Assembly: GCF_009914755.1 (NCBI RefSeq)
Contig: NC_060928.1
Strand: one strand, 5' to 3'
Origin: the human T2T-CHM13v2.0 reference genome, Homo sapiens
DNA length: 64,000 bases
Shown here: piece after piece, positions 23,929 through 37,282 of the stretch
Layout of the letters: each line of letters starts with the position of its first letter
Position numbering within the stretch: the first letter of the stretch is position 1
Translations under genes and position numbers: made by a program
Notes under the pieces: model-generated
The model's database searches: none
Seen by the model: only the letters and a program-made list of their open reading frames with translations
What the model was told of the DNA's origin: nothing

Positions 23929-24635
23929 TACTGAGCCTTGAGTAGGCAGTTTCCCCTCACAGTGTAAACAAAGCCACCGTGGAAGTTTGGACTGGGCAGA
24001 GCCCACCACAGCTCTGCAAAGCCACTGTAGCCAGACTGCCTCTCTAGATTCCTCCTCTCTGGGCAGGGCATCTCTGAAAGAAAGGCAGCAGCCCTAGTCA
24101 GGGGCTTATAGATAAAACTCCCATCTTCCTGAAACAGAGCACCTGGGGGAAGGGGCAGCTGTGGGTACAGCTTCAGCAGATGTAAACATTCCTGTCTGCA
24201 GGCTCTGAAGACAACAGCAGATCTCCTACTCAGTGCTCAAGCTCTGCTCAGGGACACACTGCCTCCTCAAGTGGGTCCCTGACCCTCGTGCCTCCTGATG
24301 GGGAAACACCCCCCAGCAGGGGTCGACAGACACCTCATACAGAAGAGCTCTGGCTGGCATCTGGCGGGTACCCCTCTAGGATGAAGCTATCAGAGGAAGG
24401 AGTAGGCAGCAATCTTTGCTGTTCTACAGCCTCTGCTGGTAATACCCAGGCAAACAGGGTCTGGAGTGGACCCCCAGCAAACTCCAGCAGACCTGCAGAA
24501 GAGGGGCCTGACTATTAGAAGCAAAACTAACAAACAGAAAGCAATAACATCAACCTCAACAAAAAGGACAGCCATGCAAAAACTCGATCTGAAGGTCACC
24601 AATAGCAAAGACCAAAGGTGGATAAATCCACAAAG

Positions 24636-25614
24636 ATTAGGAAAAACCAGCTTAAAAGGCTGAAAATTCCAAAAACCAGAACGCCTCTTCTCCTGTAAAG
24701 GATCACAACTCCTCACTAGCAAGGGGACAAAATTGGATGGGGAATGAGTTTGATGAAGTGACAGAAGTAGGCTTCAGAAGGTGGATAATAAACTCCTCCA
24801 AGCTAAAGGAGGATGTTCTAACCCAGTGCAAGGAAGCTAAGAATCTTGAGAAGAACTTAAATGACCAAATGGAGCTGAAAAACATAGCTCAAGAATGCCA
24901 TGAAGCATACACAAGTATCAACAGCCAAATCGATCAAGTGGAAGAAAGGATATCAGTGATTGAAGATCAACTTAATGAAATAAAATGTGAAGACAAGATT
25001 AGAGGAAAAACAATGAAAAGAAATGAACAAAGCCTCCAAGAAATATGGCATTATGTAAAAAGACCAAACTTACATTTCACTGGTGTAACTGAAAGTGACA
25101 AGGAGAATGGAACCAAGTTGGATAACACTATTCAGGATATTATCCGGGAGAACTTCCCCAACCTAGCAAGAGAGGCCAACATTCAAATTCAGGAAATGCA
25201 GAGAACACCACCAAGATACTCCTCGAGAGGGGCAATCCCAAGACACACAATCGTCAGATTCACCAAGGTTGAAATGAAGGAAAAATGTTAAGGGCAGCCA
25301 GCGAGAAAGGTCAGGTTACCCACAAAGGGAAGCCCATCAGACTAACAGTGGATCTCTTGGCAGAAACCCTACAAGCCAGAAGGGAGTGGGGGCCAATATT
25401 GAACATTCTTAAAGAAAAGAATTTTCAACCCAGAATTTCATATCCAGCCAAACTAAGCTTCATAAGTGAAGGAGAAATAAAATCCTTTACAGACAAGCAA
25501 ATGCTGAGGGATTTTGTCACCACCAGGCCTCCCTTACAAGAGCTCCTGAAGGAAGCACAAAACATAGAAAGGAACAACTTGTACCAGCCACTGCAAAAAC
25601 AAACCAAAATGTAA
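24636..25614 (+). pseudogene. L1 ORF1p relic (start codon mutated to ATT, frameshifts)
   Basis: Fragments 24737-25291 (RNEQSLQEIW.YVKRPNL, ENFPNLAR) and 25285-25614 (REWGPI..ILKEKNFQPRISYPAKLSF). Confidence 0.93.
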
Positions 25615-25678
25615 AGATCACTGACACTATGAAGAAACTGCATCATCTAAAACTCAAAATAACCAGCTGGCATCCATA

Positions 25679-28600
25679 ATGACAGGATCAAATTCACACA
25701 TAACAATATTAACCTTAAATGTAAACAGGCTATATGTCCCAATTAAAAGGCACAGACTGGCAAATTGGATAAAGAGTCAAGACCCATCGGTGTGCTGTAT
25801 TCAGGAGACCCATCTCACGTGCAAAGACCCACATAGGCTCAAAATAAAGGGATGGGGGAATATTTATCAAGCAAATGGAAAATAAAAAAAAAGCAGGGGT
25901 TGCAATCCTAGTGTCTGATAAAACAGACTTGAAACCAACAAATATCAAAAAAGACAAAGAATGCCATTACATAATGGTAAAGGAATCAATGCAACAAGAA
26001 GAACTAACAATCCTAAATATATATGCACCCAATACAGGAGCATCCAGATTTGTAAAGCAAGTTCTTAGAGACCTACAAGGAGACTTAGACTCCCACACAA
26101 TAATAGTGAGAGACTTTTAACACCCAACTGTCAATATTAGACAGATCAACGAGACAGAAAATTAGCAAGGATATTCAGGACTTAAACTCAGCTCTGGACT
26201 AATCAGATCTAATCGAAATCTACAGAACTCTCCACCCCGAATCAACAGAATATACATTCTTCTCACCACCACACAGCACTTATCTAAAATCGACCATATA
26301 ATTGTAAGTAAAACACTCCTCAGCAAATGCAAAAGAATGCAAATCATAACAAACAATCTCTCGGACCACAAACAGTCTCGCAATCAAATTAGAATTCAGG
26401 ATTAAGAAACTCACTCAAAAGTGCACAACTACATGGAAATTGAACAACCTGCTCCTGAATGACTACTGGGTAAATAAGGAAATAAAGGCAAAAATAAATA
26501 AGTTCTTTGAAATCAATGAGTACAAAGACACAACATACCAGAATCTCTGGGACACAACTAAAGCAGTATTTAGAGGAAAACTTATAGCACTAAATGCCCA
26601 CAGAAGAAAGCAGGAACGATCTAAAATCAGCATCCTAACATCCCAATTAAAAGGACTAGAGAAGCAAGAGCAAACACATTCAAAAGCTAGCAGAAGACAA
26701 GAAATAACTAAGATCAGAGCAGAACTGAAGGAGATAGAGACACAAAAAACCCCTCAAAAAAAACAATGAATCCAGAAACTGTTTTTTTTAAAAGATTAAC
26801 AAAATAGATAGATTGCTAGCCAGACTAATAAGAAAAGAGAGAAGAATAAAATAGACACAATAAAAAATGATAAAGGGGAGATCAACACTGATCCCACAGA
26901 AATACAAACTACCATCAGAGAATACTATAAACACCTCTACACAAACGAACTAGAAAATGTAGAAGAAATGGATAGATTCCTGGACATATACCCACCCCCT
27001 CCAAGACTAAACCAGGAAGAAGTCAAATCCCTGAATAGGCCAATAACAAGTTCTGAAATTGAGGCAGTAATTAATAGCCTACTAACCAAAAAAAGCCCAG
27101 GACCAGATGGATTCACAGCCAAATTCTACCAGAGGTACAAAGACGAGCTAGTACCATTCCTTCTGAAACTATTCCAAACAACAGAAAAAGAGGGATTCCT
27201 CTCTAACTTATTTTATGAGGCCAGCATCATGAAGCCAGCATCATCCTGATACCAAAACCTGGCAGAGACACAGAAAAAAAGAAAATTTCAGGTCAATATC
27301 CCTGATGAACATTGGTGCGAAAATAATCAATTAAATACTGGCAAACCAAATCCAGCAGCACATCAAAAAGCTTATCCACCACAATCAAGTTGGCTTCATT
27401 CCTGGGAGGCAAGGCTGGTTCAACATATGCAAATCAATAAACGTAACCCATCACATAAACAGAACCAATGACAAAAACCACATGATTATCTCAATAGATG
27501 CAGAAAAAGCTTTTGATAAAATTCAACACCTCTTCATGCTAAAAACACTCAATAAACTAGGTATTGATGGAACATATCTCAAAATAATAGGAACTATTTA
27601 TGACAAACTCACAGCCAATATCATACAGAATGGGCAAAGCTGGAAGCATTCTCTTTGAAAACCGGCACAACACAGGATGCCCTCTCTCACCACTCCTACT
27701 CAATGTAGTGTTGGAAGTTCTGGCCAGGGCAATCAGGGAAGAGAAAGAAATAAAGCATATTCAAATAGGATGAGAGGAAGTCAAATTATCTCTTTTTGCA
27801 GATGACATGATTGCATATTTAGAAAACCCCATCATCTTAGCCCCAAAACTCCTTTAGCAAAGTCTCAGGATACAAAATCAATGTGCAAAAATCACAAGCA
27901 TTCCTATATACCAATAATAAACAGAGAGCCAAATCATGGGTGAACACCAATTCACAATTGCTACAAGGAGAATAAAGTATCTAGGAATACAACTTTCAAG
28001 GTATGGGAAGGACCTCTTCAAGGCTCCAACTACAAACCACTGCTCAACGAAATTGGAGAGGACACAAACAAATGGAAGAACATTCCATGCTCCTGGATAG
28101 GGAGAATCAATATCATGAAAATGGCTGTACTGCCCAAAGTAATTTACACATTCAATGCTATCCCCATTAAGCTACCATTGACTTTCTTCAGAGAATTAGA
28201 AAAAACTACTTTAAATTTCATATGGAACCAAAAAAGAGCCCATATAGCCAAGAAAATCCTAAGCAAAAAGACAAAGCTGGAGGCATTCATGCTACCTGAC
28301 TTCAACTATACTACAAGTATGCAGTAACCAAAACAGCATGGTACTGGTACCAAAACAGATATATAGGCCAATGGAACAGAACAGAGCCCTCAGAAATAAC
28401 ACCACACATCTACAACCATCTGATCTTTGACAAACTTGACAAAAACAAGAAATGTGGAAAGGATTCCCTATTTAATAAATGATGTTGGGAAAACTGGCTA
28501 GCCATACGCAGAAAACTGAAATTGGACCCCTTCCTTACACCTTATACAAAAATTAACTCAAGATGGATTAAAAACTTAAACATAAGACCTAAAACCATAA

Positions 28601-29498
28601 AAACCCTAGAAGAAAACCTATGCAATACCATTCAGGAGATAGGCATGGGCAAGGACTTCATAATTAAAACACCAAAAACAATCACAATGAAAGCCAAAAT
28701 TGCCAAATGGGATCTAATTAAACTAAAGAGCTTTTGCACAGCAAAAGAAACTATCATCAGAGTGAACAGGCAACCTACAGAATGGGAGAAAATTCTTGTA
28801 ATCTCTCCATCTGACAAAGGGCTAATATCCAGAATCTACAAGGAACTTAAACAAATTTACAAGAAAAAAACAAACCCATCAAAAAGTGGGTGAAGGATAT
28901 GAGCTGACACTTTTCAAAAGAAGACATTTATGCCGCCAGCAAACATGGAAAAAAGCTCATCATTACTGGTTATTAGAGAAATGCAAATCAAAACCATAAT
29001 GAGATACCATCTCATGCCAGTTAGAACGGCAATCATTAAAAAGTCAGGAAACAACAGATGCTGGAGAGGATGTGGAGAAATAAGAATGCTTTTACACTAT
29101 TGGTGAGAGTGTAAATTAGTTCAACCATTGTGGAAGACAGTGTGGTGAGTCCTCAAGGATTCAGAACTAGAAATACCATTTGATCCAGCAACCCCATTAC
29201 TGAGTATATACCAAAGGATTATAAATCATTCTACTATAAAGACACATGCACACATATGTTTACTGCAGCACTGTTCACAATAGCAAAGACTTGGTACCAA
29301 TGCAAATGCCCATCAATGTTAGACTGGATAAAGAAAATGTGGCACATATACACCATAGAATACTATGCAGCCATGAAAAAGGATGAGTTCATGTCCTTTG
29401 CAGGGACATGGATGAAGCTGGAAACCATCATTCTCAGCAAACTAACACAGAAACAGAAAACCAAACACCACACGTTCTCACTCATAAGTGGAAGTTGA
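25679..29498 (+). pseudogene. L1 ORF2p (EN/RT) relic, many stops and frameshifts
   Basis: MTGSNSHITILTLNVN start, [20 protein letters not shown] codons near 27796, C-terminus FSLISGS*. Confidence 0.95.
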
Positions 29499-31161
29499 AC
29501 AATGAGAGCATATGGGCACAGGGAGGGAAATATCACACACTGGGGCCTGTCGTAGGTTTGGGGGCAAGAGGAGGGATAGCATTAGGAGAAATACCTAATG
29601 CAGATGACTGGTTGATGGGTGCAGCAAACCACCATGGCACACGTATACCTATGTAACAAACCTTCATGTTCTGTACATGTATCCCAGAACTTAAGTATAA
29701 TAATAATAATAATCAGAAGAACTAGAAGAAGAAGAAGCATCCATGATAGTAAACACACACACAAAGAAAGTGTAAACTGGTAAAATGAGACAGCTATGTT
29801 GCTTTTAGAAGAGTCAACTCTACTGCCTTCCCTCTGGCCCATATTTTAGACACATTGACCCAGAGTGAAGCAATAAAAGGAACACACTGCTCTTTCTGGC
29901 TTCAAGTTGGCTGAGGGGAGTGAAAAGTAGCTCCTTTCACAATATTATTTCCTTGCACCCCTGAGAGTGTCTCCTTCAGCTACTGAAATGGAAGACCACA
30001 AACCAAAAGGCCATCTCAGAAACTGGAATTCAGAGAAACTGGGAAGGGAACCCAACAGGAAGTCAACACGGAGGAACAGGAATGCTCCTTGAGCCAGAGT
30101 CAGCAAAGGAAACAAGAGTGTCTGTGACTACAGCAGGCATGAAGAGAAACAATCACTCTAGCATCTTAGGTCACAGACACAGCACTCTGCAGATGTGAGT
30201 TTGACTCTTCTTCAGGGAGAGGACAGGAAGAGACAGTGTCTGCTGAATGATGGCTGCCTTCCCAGCAAAACAATGCAATTTGCTCAGAGCGGGAGAGATG
30301 CGGTTTTCTCTTCTGACTAGCTGCTGGATTTATCTGTTGTCCATTCAAGTCCGTAGGCTTCTCCTGCCCTTCCTGTATTGCCCCAGATTGCCTGTATTTT
30401 TCTTCCTGTACCCTTCCCTCAGTTTTGGCTCTGGGACAGCTTTTGACTTTACAACTGGAGAATAGAATTACTCCATTTTCCTCTCATCTCAGGGGATGAA
30501 ACTCACTGAGATGCCTTTGTGAAGTCAGATATACTATAAGAGGCCAAATACTCTGGTTTCTTAAGATGAGTTCTCGTTTGAGACTGAGCAGAAGCTTCTC
30601 TGTACAGCTTGTGTGGAAGAGTGTCTAGGAGGATGTAGCTTTGGGAAATGTTTGGACTAGCTCAGTGTTTGCAGATATGAAGTTTTTGATCTTGGGGTTT
30701 CCTTCCTAATATCTATTAGTGTGCCCTTGTAGCTTGTGGCTCTTCTACTGTTAACTTTTTTATACTAATAAAAATTTTAGTAATTGTAAGTGAATACTTT
30801 TTCTCATTTAGTATTTAGCATAGATACCTTAAAATATTAAAATTTGAAACAAAAATAATTAGATTAATGCTTAGTAAGATTTTATTTTGCCCCAAACTAG
30901 ACATCCCTCAATATTTCTCCAAAAGTTATTTTTAAAATCCTGCTAGCTTTTCCTAGGATATACACATTTTTGGAGAAATTTGTCCACCGGTGATTTCAAT
31001 CCAGCTTAGGTTAGATTTAAGAAATATTTTATTAAATTTATATTATAGTGTTTGGGAGTTCTAATCTACATGGCAAAAACCATTGTAAACAAAGTCAGAA
31101 GACCTAGACAAATTATATTTGCAACTCACATTTCAGAAGGCTTATTTCCTCAATAAAAAAG

Positions 31162-31330
31162 TTTTCTCCTTTCCTTCCTTCTTCTCTCCCTCCTTTCTTT
31201 TCTTTTCTCTTTTCTTTTCTTTTCTCTTTTCTTTCTTTCTTTCTTCTTTCTTTCTTTCTTTCTCTCTTTCTTTCTTCTCTTTCCTTCTTTCTTTCTCTCT
31301 CTCTCTTTCTTTCTTTCTTTTGCTTTCTTT
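31162..31330. repeat. (TTTC/TTCC/TC)n polypyrimidine tract, an expanded Alu tail
   Basis: ~170 bp of nearly pure C/T directly adjoining the AluJ 3' end. Confidence 0.9.
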
Positions 31331-31650
<320 letters not shown>

Positions 31651-32794
31651 TAATTCACAGAAAATAACATTTTATATAACTCTTAATATATTAAAAGATT
31701 TTGCCTTTACTCATGACAAGAGAAATGCTAGATACAACTAAAGTGAGACATCTTTCACCAATCAGATTGGTAAAGATAAATTTTTTATAAAACACTGTTG
31801 TTAGTTTAGGGAAACAGGGGACTTGATGGTGGGAGTATAAGTTGATAAAATCTATGACAAAATTAAGTTAGCAATATCTATAAATAGCACACAAATCCTT
31901 GACTCAACAATTTCCTTTTCCAGGAATTTGTCTTAAGATATCGTCACACATGTGAAATGTGTATACAAGTATGTTCACTACAGCATTTTTTACTAGTAAA
32001 AGATAGGCAACAATGTAAATGTACAAGTTAAAAATTGTAATATTTGTACATATAGACAATTGACTATCATCCAGCCATTAAAAAGTATGAGGGAGGTATA
32101 TTTGTACCAGAATGGAGAATTTCCAAGATACATTTTAAAGTATTAAAAGGGAAGTAGAAAAGAATATGCAGAGTATACTACATTAAAATAAAAATTACAT
32201 ATGTATAAATGCCTATCATTAAGCTACATATAAGCATATGGAGTATAGCTATTTCACCTGTATCCTACTGATGGATATATATCTATGTGTATATATGTGT
32301 GTATGTATATATATTTATAAATGCATAGAGTATCTCTGAATGGATACACAAGAAATGGGTAATAGAGGAAAGGGAACATTATTCTCATTATTCTTGTTTT
32401 TTTTTTTGCATATATTTACGAGGAATTATTCCCATTTAAAACTATTAATAAAATATATTTTTAAAAGGACCAAATGTTAATTTCTTTTAATATTCTGAAG
32501 TTTTTACATTTATCCTGTGGCTTCCAGAAGCCAACACCTCTGTCTCTCAAATACAATCATCAACAAGCTGAAGAGGTCCTCCTCCAGTTTGTGGGTCACC
32601 ACTCCTCCATTTTTCCTTCTTAAAATAAAAGGCCTCTCGAAGTTTATTTAGCCAAGATCCAACGGTGAATCTGGAAAACTTACTGAGTTCTTTCCTACCC
32701 TGCCTGATTGTTGGATTCCAGGTTCTCTTCTAGATGGTTACGTTTCTTCTTTTTCCAGGCAAATCAGGACCTTGCTTTTCTCTCCTTTTTTTCA

Positions 32795-32957
32795 TCTGAA
32801 TAATTATCATGTGCCAAATACTGTACAGATCTCTCTGCTTGCATTGGTTTATTTAAATCATTACAGCAAACTTATTACAGCTCCATTTTACAGGTGAAGA
32901 AATAGAGTCACAAAGAGGTCAAGTCCCTTGCTCAAAATCATACTGCTAATAAGTGGC
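32795..32957 (-). mobile_element. MIR
   Basis: 'ctccattttacaggtgaagaaatagagtcacaaagaggtcaagtcccttgctcaaaatcatactgctaataagtggc'. Confidence 0.75.
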
Positions 32958-33218
32958 TTTTCACTAGACAGAGAAATTAACAGAAAATAACACTATGGTA
33001 TGGAAATAATTAAATTGGAATGAGACATAGAATATTTAATACAAGTTGTCAGTTTGGGGGTGTTTAAGAAATTGCTTAGAAATGGCTGGGCTCTTCTGTT
33101 TGTGTTTCTCCTGGCAGGGAAACATATAAAACGGTTTGCAGATAACAATCTGGGTGGAAAATTAACGTGACCTGAAAACACTGCATGTCCTGGGGACGAT
33201 CTGGAATTCTACCCCAGC

Positions 33219-33863
33219 ATACTGAATCAGTCAAGGTTCAATCAGAGAAGCAGAACCATAGATGTGTGTATATATATCTATAAAATGTATGTGTGTATAT
33301 GCACACGTTTAAATATATTATACATATGCCATATTTGCATATGAGATAGAGCTTTGTGTTTGATGCTGGAGCATCAAACAGTCTTCTTGTCTGATGTGTA
33401 AACTTGAAATCCACAGGGAAGGTAGCTGGAAAGGGAGGATAGGTACAAAGTGGAAGAGAGCAAGGGCATGTTGGAACCTTTGAGGACCAGCTGGAACCCA
33501 GTTCAGTTCTCACTGCTTCCAAACCTTGAGGATGTGGAATCTTGCAGGAGAAACTGGTGCCCTTCATCAAGGAATTAAACATACATCTGGCCCAGAAGTT
33601 GAAAAAGCTGAAAGAAGATCCAGGGGAAGGAGGCACAGTTGCAGATCCAGCTGCTGCCAGAAGTCAGGGAGGTGGGCCCACAGATAAAGTGGGCTTGATA
33701 CAAAAGCGCCTCACAGCGCAGGAAACAATATGGCTGCCACTTTACTTTTGCCCTCTTAATCTCACACAAGGAGCTATCTTGCGGCCCATCCCAACCCCAC
33801 ACATACAGGAAGGGGAATGTGGGGAGAGGTAGTTCAATCAAGCTGACACACTGCAAAGCTACA
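33219..33863 (-). mobile_element. ERVL LTR (LTR41-like)
   Basis: 'agtcaaggttcaatcagagaagcagaacca' plus (TA)-rich stretch, 'aatatggctgcc', 'catacaggaaggggaat', 'aagctgacaca'. Confidence 0.55.
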
Positions 33864-35377
33864 CCAAACATGTTGAAGGAAGGCAGACCACAGTTTTTGG
33901 GGCTCAGGTGTCTCCAGGCAGGCAACTTTAGGGGCAGCCTCCTCTCCCACCTCCTCTGGAGCCTGGGTTCCTCTTCGCCTACTCTCCTATCTTCTAGGGC
34001 AGAGGCGAAGGAAAGAAGCAGCTCAGAAGCATCCACTTTTCTCCTCTGTCTCCTGTCGTTATTTTTTGAAGGTGAGGTACAGTGACAAGGTGATATTTTC
34101 TTAACAGAAAAAAAGGTGAATTCCTGGTTACCTTCTGAGGAATGTCTGAGTATAGGAAAGTTTTCTCCTGGGATAACCTCTAAAGCTCTGGGTACCTCAG
34201 CACCATGACCCTTATCACAGAAGAGACTGGTAGTGCTGTCTGTAACATGGTGGCCTTCCCACACCTGCAATCTTGAGAATGTTTAATGAAAGACTTAACT
34301 CCTAACCGATGCAGCGTTCACAGCAGGACAGGGCCTGAGTCTGGCTTTGCTGCATGTAAAACCTTCCCCCATGTTCTGTCAGACCCTAGGTTTTTCTTGT
34401 ATGCTATATGGCCATTCCCCTCAGTCACCAGAGAGTATCTCTTCTTGAATCTCTTTCTTTCCTTCTTTTCCCTCCCTTCACTACAGATTCTCTGTCTTTT
34501 GTTTATTCCATTGTTTTCTCCTCCACTAACATGTAGCCACTTCCCAACATTATCAGCCAATTCTTCTCTCTGGTTGGGGAGGAGGCTTCAGATCTTGAGG
34601 TGGAGGACAGGAAGGGCTGACACCCTCAGAGTGGGCTGGGCTCAGGGTAGGGGATCTACAAGTCTATCAGACCCTTTGGCTAAGAAGTTTGGACTCCTGC
34701 TGTTCTGGTTCAGGTAGGTCTTTTTGCTCCTTGGGCTTCATTACAACTGCTCCCTTCTATTCCTTAGTTTCCCCTGATTTTCAGCTGGGGTTGTGGACAC
34801 TTATCCAATGCAGATGACGTGCCTTGCTGACAGCTCAGGGTCTTTTGCCCAGCTTTTCCCCCAACCCTCCTCTCTAAGCTTCTGGGATCCTAGGGGTTTA
34901 TCCTGTCGTCTTATGGTGGATCCTGGCTCTCTTTTTTGGATTGCCCATTCAAATGGGATTGCCTTACGCTTTTTGGATTGCCCATCTACCCATACTTGGA
35001 TGATCTGGCCTCTTCACTATCCCTGAACTCAGATTATGCTCAGCCCCATACTCAAGGCTCATAGGTCAGTCGTGCCCCACCTTGTGCTCAGGCCAAGAAA
35101 CTATAACCCCATTTGGTACCCAGCACTTACACTTCCCTTTCTGGGAAGAGAGTTCATGCATCAGGCTGGGCCCTGGAGCTTTTGAAGGGCTACTGAAGAT
35201 TCAGCTATGGGATAGAAGGAGAGGTGGGTACAGGGTAGGAGGAAGGGTCAAGCTTTTAAGATACCAAGCAGTCTTAACACAGAGCCTTGATGGAACCTTC
35301 CAACTTCAAGAGCCAATAATTATGTAGTAGAGCCAAGAAGGGAGGGTTGGGTGACCTGTATGAGCAGAACCTAGGAT

Positions 35378-35477
35378 CATGAGAGAATGGGCACCAGTAT
35401 TATGGAAAAAGTAGAAAAAGAAGGATACATGAGAGAATGGGCACCAGTATTATGGAAAAAGTAGAAAAAGAAGGATA
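35378..35477. repeat. Perfect 2 x 50-bp tandem duplication
   Basis: catgagagaatgggcaccagtattatggaaaaagtagaaaaagaaggata at 35378-35427 and 35428-35477. Confidence 0.97.
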
Positions 35478-35840
35478 AATCTTTCTAGAAGTAAATTGAG
35501 TTTTATTCTCTTCCCTGGGCTAAAATAAGAAGGAACTTTTTTTTTTTTTTAACACAACTTAAGCCAAGGAAAGAGCTGGAATTCCAGTCATGCCCTGGTG
35601 TGTAAGATCTTTCTATAACCTCACATAGATGGTTAAAAAGTTGTATTATCAGTGGTGGAGAACTCACTTTGATTTTTGGTGAGCTGTAATTCTCAGCAAA
35701 TTCCTTTATGCATTAGGTTAAAACTATCTTCCCAGTTATTGTTAATTTTCATAGGTGTGAATAATGATAATGTAATTATGTAGGAGAAAGTCCTGTCACT
35801 GGAGATACACTTTAAAAATGGTATAGAAAAATAGCATGTA

Positions 35841-35880
<40 letters not shown>
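35841..35880. repeat. (TG)12(TA)8 compound microsatellite
   Basis: Read directly. Confidence 0.95.
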
Positions 35881-35881
<1 letters not shown>

Positions 35882-36389
35882 AACAAATATGACCAAGTGG
35901 GTAGGTATATAATTGCTCATTTTACTATTCTCTCAACTTTTATCTATGTTTGAAATAATAGTTAGAGGAAAAAAGTCAAATTTCCAGTAATTTTTATCAT
36001 TAGTCCTTATTGTCTTCTCTGGACCACGAGGGAGCTGACTTATTCCTCTCTCCTTTTGACACTCCTTTAAATGTTGGACGACATCTTGCCCAAAGGAGCC
36101 ACTTGCCAACTGGAGAAGGTACAAGCAAATGGAAACCTCATTGCCTCTGAACTTTCTTTTTTCCTGGCTAACCATCCCTGGTTCCATATCCATGACTCCT
36201 TTAATGAGAGTTTGGGTCACTTAATGGTCCTAAGACCTCAAGTGTCCCCCATAACTTCTCTGCTGAAATGTGGGGTAATGGAACTTGTGATGGAATGTGG
36301 TGGGAAAGGAGCTATAAAGCCTGGGCAACAGCTTGCAGCAGAAGTCCATAGAACCCATGGTCTCCATGGAAACATGGCAGTTAGAAGCT

Positions 36390-36637
36390 GTTGTAGTTAA
36401 CTGCATCTACTCAAGTCAGACTGCCTGAGGGTGTGGTTCCCAGATCCATCACTCATCAGCTTTGTGACCTTAGGCAAATTACTAACTTCCCTTTGCCTTA
36501 GTTCCCTCCAACGAAAACTGGAGGATAGAACCAGAATCTACCTCCTTTGACATAGAATTAACAAATTGATCCATGTAAAGTACTCAAAATACTGTCTGAT
36601 ACTAGCAGCTCTCAATAAATGTTAGCTATTATTATTA
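36390..36637 (+). mobile_element. MIR, near full length
   Basis: 'agtcagactgcctg...tgtgaccttaggcaaattactaacttc...ctcaataaatgttagctattattatta'. Confidence 0.8.
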
Positions 36638-36911
36638 TAATGACAATTTCATTCTCTAGAGTTTTTATGTTAATTTTGCCCTTCAATTAATTAATTCAAC
36701 AAATTGTTATTGATCATTTGCTATTGTATGTATCTTGTGATGGAGGTCCAGAGAAAAATGAGATTTTGCTATGCCCCAAAGGAGGTTAAAGGTGGTAAAC
36801 AGGACCCAAAACCACTGGCATCCAGGACAGAAGGTTTGGAGATAAAGGATCTCTATTAAGGACAAGTTCAGTTGTTTGTCTCAGTTGCCCCTTCCTGAGG
36901 GTTAACGAACT

Positions 36912-37163
36912 CCTGGCTATTGTTGAAAGTGGGGTATTGAAGTCCCCTATTATTATTGTATGACAGTCTATCTCTCCCTTCAGATCTTTTAATATTTGCT
37001 TTATATATTTCAGTGCTGTGATGTTAGGTGCATATATATTTAAAATTATTATATCCTCTTGGTAAAATAACCGCTTTATCATTATATAATGGCCTTCTTT
37101 GTCTTATTTTACAGTTTTTGACTTCAAGTCTATTTTGTCTAAGTATGGTTACCTGTGTTCTCT
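36912..37163 (-). mobile_element. Older L1 (L1MA/L1M-type) ORF2 endonuclease fragment; target of the L1PA5 insertion, continues at 43433-43503
   Basis: ORF 36786-37082 encodes QEDIIILNIYAPN..YIKQILKDLKGEID..TIIIGDFNTPLS; continuation 'ggtttccatttgcatggaatatcttt' lies beyond the L1PA5. Confidence 0.85.
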
Positions 37164-37282
37164 TTTTTTTATAGAGCAAAAAACTTTATTGAGAAAATTT
37201 TTGTGTATCTTTTTCAAAGACAATTACATATTTTATATTAAGTAACTCCCATCTGTTCACTTTTAGCTAATTACATTGGTGA
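37164..37282 (-). other. L1 3'-transduced non-L1 segment with its own poly(A) signal and tail
   Basis: Lies between the L1 poly(A) and the TSD; AATAAA (plus-strand tttatt 37185-37190) 14 nt before a second A-tract (37164-37170). Confidence 0.85.

Larger units (their letters stand above)
23294..29713 (+). mobile_element. Full-length inactive LINE-1, L1PA7-like
   Basis: 5' UTR with YY1 site 'caagatggccg'; ORF1 and ORF2 relics; 3' UTR 'ttaggagaaatacctaatgcagatgac...gtatcccagaactta' and (TAA)n tail; candidate TSD gaaagtgt (23286-23293 / 29766-29773). Confidence 0.96.

Noticed and set aside
33575-34270. 231-aa minus-strand ORF
   Set aside because: Non-ATG start, overlaps an LTR relic, no protein-like motifs recognised
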